Virus record (IMG/VR): IMGVR_UViG_3300033802_000252
Location: 77,891 to 141,890 of that record
Source: a virus
Direction: 5' to 3' (one strand)
DNA: 64,000 bases
Shown here one piece after another: positions 38,298-49,481 of this stretch (position 1 is the stretch's first letter; every line of letters begins with the position of its first letter). The position numbers were made by a program, and so were the translations under genes. The notes beneath the pieces were generated by a model. That model made no database searches and had not been told where the DNA came from. It saw only the letters and a program-made list of their open reading frames with translations.

Positions 38298-39861
38298 AAA
38301 TGTAAAAAAATATTATGATAAACGATCAGCATGTCAAGTATTGGGAGTATTAATGTTAGAACCTCAAAGGGTTAAATCAAGGGAATATCATTTAACACAA
38401 AAGGATTTTTCTGTAGATACATTACATAATATTATCTTTACTTGTATTTATAATCTAGCGTATCAAGGAGTAAAACAGATTAATATTAGTGAAATAGAAG
38501 GTTATTTGTCTGTTGCAAGTCCAGTTGATCATACAAGGGTTTTTGAGAAGTATGATGGTGCCGAATGGATCAGCAAAGTTTTAGAAACAGCCAATACGAT
38601 AAATTTTGATTATCATTATAACAAAATAAAGAAATATTCTTTATTGAGAAGTTATTTAGAGCAAGGTATTGATATTACTTATATTTTAGATAAAGATGAG
38701 ATTGATCCCAACATTATTAAGATTCAAGAAGAAAAGTTTGAATCCATGACATTGGAAGACATTATTAAGGAAATTGATCTTAGGCATTTGGAAGCTAAAC
38801 GAGATTTTGTTATTAAAGACGAGAGTGATCGCAGAAAAGCTGGCGATGGAGCCAGGGAATTAAGAGAGGCATTGAAACAAAGTCCCATATTTGGAATGAG
38901 TTTGGAAAGCGAATATTTAAATACAATTATCAGGGGGGCATTAGGAAGTAAATTCATATTAGAAACGAGAGATACGGGTAATGGTAAAACCCGCATAGCA
39001 ATTAAACGTCTCTTGGGTTTTACTGCCCCATATTTATGGGACTTTGATAAACATGCATTTGTAGAAAATCCAAATGGTCAAGGAAAAAGTGCTCTTTATA
39101 TAGGAACTGAAATGGATTTATATTTAGAATTGGAGCCAATGATGTGGGCTATTGTTTCAGGAGTGGACGAAAAAAAAATAAAAAACAATGACTTAACCAA
39201 AGAGGAAGAAGATAGGGTAGATAGAGCAATTAAGATTCTTGACGACACTAAACTTTTTCTAGAAAATCAACCGAATTTTGATAATCATTACTTATGGCAA
39301 ACAATTGAAGAATACAAAATTAAACATGATATATGTGCTGTGGTGTTAGATTATATCGAAATTCAAAGTGGATTAATTAATGAATATAAAAATATGATAG
39401 GTGGAGGAATGATGGTTAGAGAAGACCAGATTCTACTTAACCTATCAAACAACCTAAAAAATATTGCGAACGAATTTGATATTTGGGTTAACTCATTTAC
39501 GCAGACAACTGATGAGGCCAGAAGAGATGGTCGAAGGGATCAGGGAGCTGTAAAAGGAGCCAGATCGCTTCCTAATAAAGCTGATGTAGGCATTGTTGTA
39601 TTTGAACCAACAAAAAAAGAACTACAGCAAATTGAGCCAATAATTACGAAATTAAAAGGCTTTAATAAAATGCCCAATATTTATTATTCATTCTACAAGA
39701 ATCGCGGGGAAAATTATAAAGACGTTAAAATATGGGGGTATCAAGATTTTGGCAATGGATATTTTAAAGACATGTTTGTTACAAACAAACACAATGAACT
39801 TATTACCGACATCCGCAAAACCAAGATTAATATGGTGGATGATAAAGTAACTGCGTTTTAA
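38287..39861 (+). CDS. Replicative DnaB-like helicase
   Basis: TRDTGNGKTR Walker A, IGTEM, VVLDYI, SFTQ, GARSLPNKAD, KNRG. Confidence 0.9.
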   Translation: MRVKNVKKYYDKRSACQVLGVLMLEPQRVKSREYHLTQKDFSVDTLHNIIFTCIYNLAYQGVKQINISEIEGYLSVASPVDHTRVFEKYDGAEWISKVLETANTINFDYHYNKIKKYSLLRSYLEQGIDITYILDKDEIDPNIIKIQEEKFESMTLEDIIKEIDLRHLEAKRDFVIKDESDRRKAGDGARELREALKQSPIFGMSLESEYLNTIIRGALGSKFILETRDTGNGKTRIAIKRLLGFTAPYLWDFDKHAFVENPNGQGKSALYIGTEMDLYLELEPMMWAIVSGVDEKKIKNNDLTKEEEDRVDRAIKILDDTKLFLENQPNFDNHYLWQTIEEYKIKHDICAVVLDYIEIQSGLINEYKNMIGGGMMVREDQILLNLSNNLKNIANEFDIWVNSFTQTTDEARRDGRRDQGAVKGARSLPNKADVGIVVFEPTKKELQQIEPIITKLKGFNKMPNIYYSFYKNRGENYKDVKIWGYQDFGNGYFKDMFVTNKHNELITDIRKTKINMVDDKVTAF

Positions 39862-39874
39862 GTGGTGATCATTA

Positions 39875-41014
39875 TTGATTAGCGCAGAAGAATTACTCGA
39901 TTTGATTACCAAGGAAGATATCATCAATATACTAAGTGAATTTGATGATAACCCAAAAACCGATAATAACAACAATTTGTATTTTAAGACTATATGTCAT
40001 GGAGGGAAAAAGAAAAAACTTCATTACTTCAATGACTCCAAATTATTTTGTTGTTATACCGAATGTGGAACAATGAGTCTTTATGACTTATTAATGAACA
40101 TAAACAACTGGACTTTTGCAGAGGCTTTTAAATTTGTAGCTAATTATAAGGGAATTCGTCTATTCTCAAAAAAAATTGGCCTACAGAAAAAGAAAGTGCG
40201 GAATACAGATCTTGATTTTCTAGAAGTACATACATATAAGCCAAACACCAAAGAAATAAAACTCCCAGAATATAATGACAAGGTATTAAATATGTTTAGT
40301 GATTATATGCCTTTAGAATGGGAACAAGAGGGAATAACAGAAGATTCGATAAAAAGGTTTGGAATTAAGTTTTGTTTTAGTCGTTATGCTGCAATAATTC
40401 CCCATCGTTCTTTTGATGGTAAATTAATAGGAATTAGAGGGAGGCATTTTCTACAACAAGACATTGAAGATGGACGTAAATATATGCCCATAATGATTCA
40501 AGGACTGTTATATAGATACCCTACAAATTATAGTCTTTATGGAATTTGGGAGAATAAAGAAAATATAAAGAAATATCGAAAAGTTATGATTTTTGAAGGT
40601 GAAAAGTCTGTATTAAAAATTGATAATTATTTAGGTGAAAATAATAATGTTGCTTTAGCGACATTGGGTATGAATTTAAGTTTATATCAAAGAAATTTGT
40701 TGTTGGGGCTTGGAGTAGAGGAAATCATCATATGTTATGACAAGCAATATAATGTTGATGCTCTTGAAGACAAGAATCATCCAGACCATAAAGAAATAGT
40801 GAGATATATAAAAAATATAATTAAAATAATCAAGATGTTTGTTAACTATTGTAATGTTTATGTTATTTTTGATTGGGATAACAAATTAAATTATAAAGAC
40901 AGCCCTGTAGACAAAGGTAAAGAAGTTTTTTTGGAATTGCTTCAAAACAACAAATATCTAATTACTGATGTACAGGAGCTTGAGGAGTTGATTCAAAATA
41001 AAGTACAAAGTTAG
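39875..41014 (+). CDS. DNA primase
   Basis: TICHGG...CYTEC zinc finger, IFEGEKSV, IICYD TOPRIM motifs. Confidence 0.9.
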   Translation: MISAEELLDLITKEDIINILSEFDDNPKTDNNNNLYFKTICHGGKKKKLHYFNDSKLFCCYTECGTMSLYDLLMNINNWTFAEAFKFVANYKGIRLFSKKIGLQKKKVRNTDLDFLEVHTYKPNTKEIKLPEYNDKVLNMFSDYMPLEWEQEGITEDSIKRFGIKFCFSRYAAIIPHRSFDGKLIGIRGRHFLQQDIEDGRKYMPIMIQGLLYRYPTNYSLYGIWENKENIKKYRKVMIFEGEKSVLKIDNYLGENNNVALATLGMNLSLYQRNLLLGLGVEEIIICYDKQYNVDALEDKNHPDHKEIVRYIKNIIKIIKMFVNYCNVYVIFDWDNKLNYKDSPVDKGKEVFLELLQNNKYLITDVQELEELIQNKVQS

Positions 41015-42770
41015 ACAAAATGACTATGATTTTCTCAGAGATGATGATCTTCTGTATTATCTACTCAGGCATAGAGGAGTAGAAGATCCTGAGAGATTAT
41101 TGAGTGTTGGTGATCATGAAGTATTGGATGGCATGATTTTAAAGAACATGAAAGAAGGGCTTCAGCTTTTAAATCAGCATATAAGAAATCAAAGTAACAT
41201 TCATATTCAAGTAGATTCTGATACTGATGGATATATGTCTTCTGCAATAATGATCCAGTATTTAAAAAAGGTCAGTCCCAATTTAAAAATTACATATACA
41301 ATTCATAAAGGTAAAGAACATGGGATTATTCCCGAAATATTAAAAGGATATGAGTTTGATTTATTGATTGTTCCAGATGCGGGTTCGAATGATATTTATC
41401 AATGTAAACAATTAAAAAATCAAGGTAAGGATATTCTAATCATAGATCACCATGAAATAGAAAATGAAAATAAATATGCAACAGTAATCAATTGTATGGA
41501 TGGTCAGTATAAAAACCCTCACTTATCTGGAACAGCGATGGTATATAAGTTTTGTAAAGAATACGACAAAATGTATGGACATAATGTTGCCGATGAATTT
41601 TTTGATTTAGTTGCTGTTGGCACAATCGCGGATATGATTGATTTACGATCTTATGAAGCTCGTTGGTTTGTGCTAAAAGGAGTTGAAAAGTTAGGCAAGG
41701 GTAATGAATTTTTGAAAGAAATTATGAATCAAAATGAATTTCAGATTCAAGGAAAGCCCAACATTACAAAAGTTGCGTGGTTTGTATCACCATATATAAA
41801 CTGTTGTATTCGAAGTGGTACTCAGGAAGAAAAAATCAATATGTTCAGAGCCATTTTGGGGGAACAAGAAGAAATTGAATATCTACCGAAAGCAACCAAC
41901 GAAAATTCTAACCCAGGACCAGAAAAGATTACACTTCAAAAGTACATGGCTAAAATTTTGAAGAATATTAAAAATAGACAAGATAGAGAAGTAAAAGGTC
42001 ATGTAGAATTTCTCATAAAATCGGTTGAAAACGAGGGTAAAAATTCGGATAAAATTCTGATTTTAAATGCTCCTGAAGATTCGTCACAAACGTATACGGG
42101 TTTAATTGCAAATAAGCTTGCTAGTCACTTTAAACGCCCTGTGTTGCTTTTAAGAAAAGATGCGAGATTCGATGATCAATTTGGAGGTAGCGGAAGAAAT
42201 TATTCATTGTCTCCAATTGATGATTTGCGACAGTTTTTATTGGATTTAAATGTGTTTGAGAATGTGTCTGGACACAGTAATGCTTTTGGGGTTGGTTTAA
42301 AAGAAAATAAGGTTGACGAATTAAGGCAATTGATAAACGAAAAATTAAAAGATATGTCATTAGAGGATGTATATCATGTAGATTACGAAATTAATGTGGG
42401 GCGTTTAAGAATAAGAGATATTAAGAGAGTGGCAGAATGGGAAGATATGTGGGGAGGTATGTTAGAAGAACCTTTATTTGCTATTACCAATATTTATCTC
42501 CCTACGGATAAGATTCAATTGATAGGAGACAAAAAGAATATTATTCGTTTTGAAGCCAAGGGTATATCATTTATCAAAAAATTTACAAGCGAAGATGAGT
42601 ACAATCGAATGACCATGAGACAATCAAAAGGATTGAATCGTAACAGACCAAAATCAGTTAAGCTAGATGTAATCGGAAAGTTCAAACTGAACGAATGGAA
42701 CAACAGCAAATACCCACAAGTTGAAGTTGTTGATTTTAATGTTACTGATGGAAGAGATTTTATATTTTGA
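40998..42770 (+). CDS. recJ: RecJ-like ssDNA exonuclease (probable ATA start)
   Basis: VDSDTDG, IVPDAG, IIDHH, GTIADM, SGHSNAFG; frame open upstream to ATA 40998 behind RBS GAGGAG. Confidence 0.9.
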   Translation: MKYKVRQNDYDFLRDDDLLYYLLRHRGVEDPERLLSVGDHEVLDGMILKNMKEGLQLLNQHIRNQSNIHIQVDSDTDGYMSSAIMIQYLKKVSPNLKITYTIHKGKEHGIIPEILKGYEFDLLIVPDAGSNDIYQCKQLKNQGKDILIIDHHEIENENKYATVINCMDGQYKNPHLSGTAMVYKFCKEYDKMYGHNVADEFFDLVAVGTIADMIDLRSYEARWFVLKGVEKLGKGNEFLKEIMNQNEFQIQGKPNITKVAWFVSPYINCCIRSGTQEEKINMFRAILGEQEEIEYLPKATNENSNPGPEKITLQKYMAKILKNIKNRQDREVKGHVEFLIKSVENEGKNSDKILILNAPEDSSQTYTGLIANKLASHFKRPVLLLRKDARFDDQFGGSGRNYSLSPIDDLRQFLLDLNVFENVSGHSNAFGVGLKENKVDELRQLINEKLKDMSLEDVYHVDYEINVGRLRIRDIKRVAEWEDMWGGMLEEPLFAITNIYLPTDKIQLIGDKKNIIRFEAKGISFIKKFTSEDEYNRMTMRQSKGLNRNRPKSVKLDVIGKFKLNEWNNSKYPQVEVVDFNVTDGRDFIF

Positions 42771-42785
42771 AGGAGAGAGAGCAAC

Positions 42786-45503
42786 TTGATCCAAAATATT
42801 GATTTTGTTCATCTCCACTGCCACAGCGATTATTCAAATTTGCGTTTGCTTGATAGTATCAATAAAATCCCTAACATGATAAAATACGTAGCCTCACTTG
42901 GACAAAATGCTTTGGCACTGACTGACCACGAGACTATAAGCGGACACGTAAAGTTTCTAAAAGCTGTTAAGGAGTTAAAAGAAAAAAAAGAAATTCCGGA
43001 GGACTTTAAACCTATATTAGGCAACGAAATCTATTTGTTACCAAGCGAAGAAGAAATGAACGAAAAAATAGAAAATGGAGAAAGTGTGAAGTTTTATCAC
43101 TTTCTCCTTTTGGCAAAAGATAAAGAAGGACACAAATTAATTAGAAAATTGTCTTCAAGAGCTTGGGGGCGCATGTTTAGTTATAAAGGATTAGACAGAG
43201 TTCCTACATTTCATGCTGATATTGAAGAAATTGTAGGAGATAATAAGGGACATTTGATTGCATCGACAGCATGTTTAGGGTCGTACTTCGCTCAAAATGT
43301 ATTAGCATTGCTTGATGAGAACTGTAAAGATCCAATACATTATAAGAAAAAAATACATCATTTTATTAATTGGTGTATTGATATGTTTGGTAAAGATGAT
43401 TTTTATATTGAGATTCAACCAAGTAAAGAATCAAAAGAACAAATTGAATATAATAAAATGGCAATAAAGATAGCAAAAGCTTACGGATTAAAATTTTTGG
43501 TAAGTACCGACGCACATTACTTGCAACCTACGGATCGCAATATCCATAAAGCATATTTGACAGCAGACGAAGAAGATGGCGGAGATAGAGAAGTAGATGA
43601 ATTTTATCACAGTACACACTTCTTTACGGCTGATTTGTTGGTAGATTATTTAGATTATTTAGATCAAGAAGATCTTATCCAGGCCGTAAAAAATACGAAA
43701 GAAATTGCAGAAAAAGTTGAATTTTATGATTTAGCTCATAAGCAAATTATCCCTAGAATTAAACTACCTGATGAAACTGAATGGTTTTATGATGAAAATC
43801 TGTATCGAATGGCAAGACAATATGAATATATAAACGAGATGATTAATTCAGATGAAATCTATAATCGCTATTTAATTAGTCAGGTGTTGTGCGGACTAAA
43901 AAATAAAATTAAAAAATCAGATTATAAGCAAACCTTTGAAAGAATAAATATAGAATGTAAGGAAACCTTGGAAATTAGCAAGGCAAAAGACGAACCAGTT
44001 AGCAGTTATTTTATCACAATGCAAAAGAATATCGATATTATTTGGGAAGAAGCAAAAAGCATTGTGGGTACATCAAGAGGAAGTGCGGCTGGGTTTATAA
44101 TGAACTATCTTCTTGGTATCACTCAAATTAATCCATTAAAGCAAGACGGAATCGAAATGCCTCATTGGAGATTTATTTCCGGTCACCGTCCTGAGTACCC
44201 TGATATTGATATAGATATCAGCTCACATAAACGCGATGTTGCTTTCCAATGCTTGCAAAAATACTACGAATCAATTGGTGGCAAGGTTGTAAGGGTGTGT
44301 ACATTTGGAACTGAAACGTCCAAATCAACGATCCTAACGGCTGCAAGAGGACTTGGTATTAATAATGATGTTGCATTATATCTCAGTTCATTAATCCCTG
44401 TAGAGCGTGGATTTGTATGGTCAATTGAAGACTGCTATTATGGAAACGAAGAAAAAGGAAGGCAGCCTGTAGCGGATTTTAAAAAAACAATTGATAAATA
44501 TGAAGGATTACTTGAAGTTGCCTTAGGAATCCAAGGTTTAATTAATAAAAGATCAAGCCATGCAGCAGGAGTATTAATTGTCAATGAAGATTTTACTGAA
44601 CGCAATGCTATCATGCAAACACCATCTAAAGAAATAGTGTCTCAATTTAACCTTGAAGATAGTGAATATGTTGGCAACATTAAATACGATATTCTTAATA
44701 CAAAAACATGTAGCATGATTCAAGTAACATTAGAAATGCTAATAGAATACGGAAAAATTGAGTGGCAAGGATCACTTAGAAAGACATATGATAAATATCT
44801 GCATCCAGACGTAATTGACCGAACCACTCCTGAAATGTGGCAATTATTAAATGATGGAAAATTGATATCTGCTTTTCAATTTGATGAACTCTCTGGTATA
44901 CAAGCCTTAAGAGTTATTAAGCCATCAAGTTTGTTGGAAGCAACAAACGCCAATACTGTTATGAGACTAATGGGGGAAGGGGAAGAGTCACCACTAGAGA
45001 AGTATGGGCGATACAAGAACAACATCAATGAATGGTATTCTGACATGCGTGATTTTGGTTTAAGTGAAGAAGATATAAAAATAGTTGAAAAACATCTATT
45101 AGAGGATTATGGAGTATGTTCAAGCCAAGAGAAGATGATGTTGTTAGCAATGGATAAAGAGATTGCCGGGTTCGATGTTGTTGAAGCAAACAAACTGAGA
45201 AAAGGTGTAGCCAAGAAGAAGGCTGATGTACTAGAAGAATGTAAACAGATGTTGTATGAGAAAGGTAGAGCATTGGGAACTTCTCAAAAATTATTGGAGT
45301 ATATTTGGGAAGTACAAATAGCAATGCAGCGTGGTTACGGATTCTCAATTCTTCATGGTATTGGCTACACTTATATTCTTATTCAACAATTAAATCTAAT
45401 TTATTATTACCCACCAATCTATTGGAATACAGCAGTTCTTCTGGTCGAATCAGGAGCGTTGGAACAAGAAACTCTTGATGAGGATGATGAAGATGAGTCG
45501 TAA
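42786..45503 (+). CDS. dnaE: DNA polymerase III alpha, N-terminal part (PHP + catalytic)
   Basis: HLHCHSDYS, TDH, STDAHY, RGSAAG, YPDIDID, KYDIL, GYGFS..H. Confidence 0.9.
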   Translation: MIQNIDFVHLHCHSDYSNLRLLDSINKIPNMIKYVASLGQNALALTDHETISGHVKFLKAVKELKEKKEIPEDFKPILGNEIYLLPSEEEMNEKIENGESVKFYHFLLLAKDKEGHKLIRKLSSRAWGRMFSYKGLDRVPTFHADIEEIVGDNKGHLIASTACLGSYFAQNVLALLDENCKDPIHYKKKIHHFINWCIDMFGKDDFYIEIQPSKESKEQIEYNKMAIKIAKAYGLKFLVSTDAHYLQPTDRNIHKAYLTADEEDGGDREVDEFYHSTHFFTADLLVDYLDYLDQEDLIQAVKNTKEIAEKVEFYDLAHKQIIPRIKLPDETEWFYDENLYRMARQYEYINEMINSDEIYNRYLISQVLCGLKNKIKKSDYKQTFERINIECKETLEISKAKDEPVSSYFITMQKNIDIIWEEAKSIVGTSRGSAAGFIMNYLLGITQINPLKQDGIEMPHWRFISGHRPEYPDIDIDISSHKRDVAFQCLQKYYESIGGKVVRVCTFGTETSKSTILTAARGLGINNDVALYLSSLIPVERGFVWSIEDCYYGNEEKGRQPVADFKKTIDKYEGLLEVALGIQGLINKRSSHAAGVLIVNEDFTERNAIMQTPSKEIVSQFNLEDSEYVGNIKYDILNTKTCSMIQVTLEMLIEYGKIEWQGSLRKTYDKYLHPDVIDRTTPEMWQLLNDGKLISAFQFDELSGIQALRVIKPSSLLEATNANTVMRLMGEGEESPLEKYGRYKNNINEWYSDMRDFGLSEEDIKIVEKHLLEDYGVCSSQEKMMLLAMDKEIAGFDVVEANKLRKGVAKKKADVLEECKQMLYEKGRALGTSQKLLEYIWEVQIAMQRGYGFSILHGIGYTYILIQQLNLIYYYPPIYWNTAVLLVESGALEQETLDEDDEDES

Positions 45504-46842
45504 AGAAAAAACCACAAATTATGGTACGGTTGCTACTGCTATAGGGAATCTTCAAAGCCAAGGGATTAAAATTGCTTTGCCTGACATTAATCTTTCTGGA
45601 TTAGGGTTTAAGCCTGATGAAGAAAATGATCGTATTATATATGGCTTAAAGGGCATCATGAGAATTTCAACTGATGTTGCAAAACTAATAATAGAAAATC
45701 GACCATATAAGAGTTTGCAGGATTTTTATGAAAGAATGGTTTTGACAAAACGTGAAGTAATACTTGCTACAGGGAAAATTCAAAATAAATCTTTAGTTAC
45801 CGAAGGGCAAACTATTATGTTAATTAAAGCAGGGGCTTTTGATAGTATTGAAAAACGTCCGAGAGAAGAAATTTTGGAGTCGTTTTTAAGAATGACTAAC
45901 CCTCCAAAAAAACAGATTGATTCAAGATCCATTGACCAAATTATTCAAATGGGAATAGTACCATCTAATCTGAACAATGAAATACGTTTTTATAACTTTA
46001 GGAAATATCTTATAGGTAATAAATTTATACAAGATCAAAAATCAAAATCAATAAAATGGTACTCCATTTCCAATGGCAATCAAGCTATGAACGACTATGC
46101 TACACACTTTTTTAACGAACATTTTTCTAGCGAAATGACAGAAGATAAAGATTATTATTTTGATGAAAATGGAATCGTATATATTGCTTTAGGTTCAAAT
46201 AGAAAGGGTTCGTTTGATTATGTATACAAACAAAAGCTTCAGCCTTTGATCAAGTGGATTCAAAGTGACGAGTGTTTAGAGTTGTATAATAATCAAGTCT
46301 TTAATGAAATAAAAACTATACATATGGATGGTTCCATTAGTCGTTGGGAAATGGAATCGGTCAACTATTATTACAGTGGTCATGAATTATTGGCTGCTGA
46401 CATGGATAGATACGAGATTGTTGATTTTTATCAGCTTCCCGAAGAGCCAGTGGTTGTAGGCTTTAATACATATAAAGGAAATGATTATCCAAAGTTTAAA
46501 CTTTCAAGAATTTGTGGCACAGTACTTGATAAGGACAAAAACAAACATTTAGTTTCAATTCTAACCCCCACTGGAGTAGTCCAGGTTAAATATCATTCAG
46601 GTCAATATAGTCATTGGGATCGCACAATATCTGAAATAGACGAAGATGGTAAAAAGAGAGTGGTTGAGGAATCGTTTTTTAAACGTGGTAATATTCTGTT
46701 GATAACAGGGTTCAGACGATTCGATCAATTCATCCCACGAAGATATAAAGATTCCGTTTATCAGCACTCTACAGCTTTAGTAGAACAAATTAATGATGAT
46801 GGCAGCTTGCTCCTTAAGACCGAAAGAGTGCAAATTGATTAG
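45493..46842 (+). CDS. dnaE: DNA polymerase III alpha, C-terminal part (HhH/OB)
   Basis: TNYGTVATAIG, LPDINLS, IYGLKGI, LIKAGAFD, RICGTVLDK. Confidence 0.85.
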   Translation: MSRKEKTTNYGTVATAIGNLQSQGIKIALPDINLSGLGFKPDEENDRIIYGLKGIMRISTDVAKLIIENRPYKSLQDFYERMVLTKREVILATGKIQNKSLVTEGQTIMLIKAGAFDSIEKRPREEILESFLRMTNPPKKQIDSRSIDQIIQMGIVPSNLNNEIRFYNFRKYLIGNKFIQDQKSKSIKWYSISNGNQAMNDYATHFFNEHFSSEMTEDKDYYFDENGIVYIALGSNRKGSFDYVYKQKLQPLIKWIQSDECLELYNNQVFNEIKTIHMDGSISRWEMESVNYYYSGHELLAADMDRYEIVDFYQLPEEPVVVGFNTYKGNDYPKFKLSRICGTVLDKDKNKHLVSILTPTGVVQVKYHSGQYSHWDRTISEIDEDGKKRVVEESFFKRGNILLITGFRRFDQFIPRRYKDSVYQHSTALVEQINDDGSLLLKTERVQID

Positions 46843-46870
46843 AAAAATAAAAAAAGAAAGTAGGTTAAAA

Positions 46871-49105
46871 ATGAACTTAGTGAAATGTAGAGTGAAGTAT
46901 AGACACAAATTATATCCCAAAACTATACATAACTCCGGCGAATTCGCAATTATGAAATTCGAAGTAATAGAAGTGTTAGAGGGTGGAAACATCAATGAAA
47001 TCGCAATATTTAAGGGGAATATGTGTGAGATAGTTTGGGATGAGGTCTATACAGTTGTAGCTGAAGAGGTGATTGATCCAACCTGGGGCAAACAATATAA
47101 TGTTAAATATATAGGACAGCCAGCATCTCTTAGTACAGTTGAAGAACAAAGATTATTTTTATCAAAAGTTCTAACAGATAATCAAGTACAGAATTTATTT
47201 GAGACATTTTCAGATCCTTTACAAGTAATCTTGTCTAGGGACATTGAAAAGTTATGTCAAGTAAAGGGAATTGGTGCTACAACAGCTACCAAATTAATTG
47301 ACAAGGTATATTATGCAATGGATTTTTCGAAGGCTTATATTGAGCTTGATAATTATGGCTTAACGAATAACATGATCGAAAAACTTGTTGGTGTTTATGG
47401 AAGTCCTGAGATTGTTGTTCAAAAAATAAAGGAAAACCCTTATATTTTAGCTTCAGAAGTAGAAGGTATTGGCTTCCGTAAGGCTGATGATATAGCCTTG
47501 AAGAACGGTTATACATGGAATAATCCCAAAAGATTGTTTTGTCTATCCCAATACATATTAAAAGAATACGCCAACTCTGGACATAGTTATGTTCTCGCTT
47601 ATGATTTTATTGATCGTGTATACGAAGAAACGGAAGATTTAGACGAAGAGTCTTTGGGTGAAGTGATTAAAAGCAATGATGATTTTTATGTGTTTAACAA
47701 AGATGGTGATAGATATATTGCTCTTAGAAAAATATATGATCTAGAAAAAAGAGTCGCAGAAGAATTGTTAAGATTACGAGATGGCAATAATAATTTTGAT
47801 TATAACAATTGGAGAGATAGAGTAAAGCAAATTGAGCAAGAACAGGGTTGGGAACATACCGATGAGCAGTTGAATGCTATTGAAGAATTATTGAAGAATC
47901 AAGTGATTGTAATTACAGGGTATGGTGGAACCGGAAAAAGTAGTTCTGTCAAAGCAGTAAGAGAAATATTAAATAAATATTACTTTGCTCAAACAGCTTT
48001 AAGTGGTAGAGCTTCTTCTCGAATGGCTGAAATAACGGGGGAAGAAGGATATACCATTCATCGTTTACTAGGATATCACCCAAGAACCGGATTCGCTTAT
48101 AACAAAGATAATCAATTGGAAGTTGATGTGGTTGTTGTAGACGAAGTTTCAATGATCGGCGGAGAAATATTTCTTAAATTAATTGAAGCTATACCTACAG
48201 GCTCTAAACTTGTTCTTTTAGGCGACGAAGGGCAATTAGAGAGTATTGGTACAATGAATATTCTACATGATCTTATTAATACAGATGTTATTAAATCTTG
48301 TAGACTTACTAAAATACATAGGCAGGCAGCCAAGTCAGGCATCATTGAAGCAAGTTTAAAAATAAGAAATGGCGAACAATTTTTTGATCGAAATTTTGAA
48401 GGTCAAATTATTCTTGGGGAACTGCAGGATTGCGAATTAAATATTGTTAAAGATAGAGCGAAACTCCCAATGTTAATTGAAGATCAATTTAAACATTGGT
48501 TGAAAAAAATTGATAATATAAATGAACTTCAAGTAATTGTACCAATGAAAGAAAAAGGAGATGTTAGTTGTCTACCACTTAATATCCGATTACAAAAAAT
48601 CTTTAACCCAGATGATGGAAAGAAAAAAAGCATTAAGATAACAAAAAACAAGACCGAATTTGAAATTAGAGTGGGTGATAAAGTAATCAACAGAAAAAAT
48701 AATTACAAGACCGTAAATATGGGTGGTCAAACAACGCCAATTTTTAATGGAAACATAGGAATAGTCAAAGAAGTCTATGAGCCTATGCAAACAGCCATTA
48801 TTGATTTTTACGGAATTGGAGAAGTTATGGTTAACAGAGAAGCAATCCAGGGTATAGAATTGGGATATGCTATTACCACTCATTCTTCTCAGGGGAGTCA
48901 ATTTGACGTTGTGATTTATGCCATAGATCAGTCTTCTTACATCTTATTAAACCGAGAACAAGCATACACTGGTGTTACAAGAGCAAAGAAATATTGTATA
49001 GTTAATGCTGAAAATCAAAGTCTAAGACACGCAATTAAGACTTCAGAAGTAAGGAACAAACAAACATTCTTAAAAGATATTTTATTTGAACTAGATAAAA
49101 AATAA
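46871..49105 (+). CDS. RecD2-like SF1B helicase
   Basis: ITGYGGTGKS, VVVDEVSM, LLGDEGQL, LTKIHRQA, YAITTHSSQGSQF, YTGVTRAK. Confidence 0.9.
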   Translation: MNLVKCRVKYRHKLYPKTIHNSGEFAIMKFEVIEVLEGGNINEIAIFKGNMCEIVWDEVYTVVAEEVIDPTWGKQYNVKYIGQPASLSTVEEQRLFLSKVLTDNQVQNLFETFSDPLQVILSRDIEKLCQVKGIGATTATKLIDKVYYAMDFSKAYIELDNYGLTNNMIEKLVGVYGSPEIVVQKIKENPYILASEVEGIGFRKADDIALKNGYTWNNPKRLFCLSQYILKEYANSGHSYVLAYDFIDRVYEETEDLDEESLGEVIKSNDDFYVFNKDGDRYIALRKIYDLEKRVAEELLRLRDGNNNFDYNNWRDRVKQIEQEQGWEHTDEQLNAIEELLKNQVIVITGYGGTGKSSSVKAVREILNKYYFAQTALSGRASSRMAEITGEEGYTIHRLLGYHPRTGFAYNKDNQLEVDVVVVDEVSMIGGEIFLKLIEAIPTGSKLVLLGDEGQLESIGTMNILHDLINTDVIKSCRLTKIHRQAAKSGIIEASLKIRNGEQFFDRNFEGQIILGELQDCELNIVKDRAKLPMLIEDQFKHWLKKIDNINELQVIVPMKEKGDVSCLPLNIRLQKIFNPDDGKKKSIKITKNKTEFEIRVGDKVINRKNNYKTVNMGGQTTPIFNGNIGIVKEVYEPMQTAIIDFYGIGEVMVNREAIQGIELGYAITTHSSQGSQFDVVIYAIDQSSYILLNREQAYTGVTRAKKYCIVNAENQSLRHAIKTSEVRNKQTFLKDILFELDKK

Positions 49106-49221
49106 AATTAAAATAATTGAATAACATAAAAAATGATTGTATAATAAATGTGTGGTCTAATTTTAGTTTTGGTTTCAAATTAGACCACACCATAAAAAAT
49201 AAAGGAGAAGTGAAAATACAT

Positions 49222-49443
49222 ATGATGTTTTATGCTATTGCAACGAACGAACATGGGGAGACCAAGGTGGTCGGTAATCTTTTATCTACATCGAGAATTG
49301 GCGCAAAATTGGAGGCGGTTGAATATTGTAAGAAGAATAATCTTGACTTTCAAACTTTGATACCAGTTAAGGGGACGGGCAGGCAAGGAAGTATACTTAC
49401 CAAGATGACTCCCGAGAAAAGAAATCGAATGTTTTTCTTTTAA
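49222..49443 (+). CDS. Hypothetical protein
   Basis: RBS AAAGGAG. Confidence 0.55.
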   Translation: MMFYAIATNEHGETKVVGNLLSTSRIGAKLEAVEYCKKNNLDFQTLIPVKGTGRQGSILTKMTPEKRNRMFFF

Positions 49444-49481
49444 TTATCAATAAATAAAAGATTACTCTTAAGGGGGTAAAA

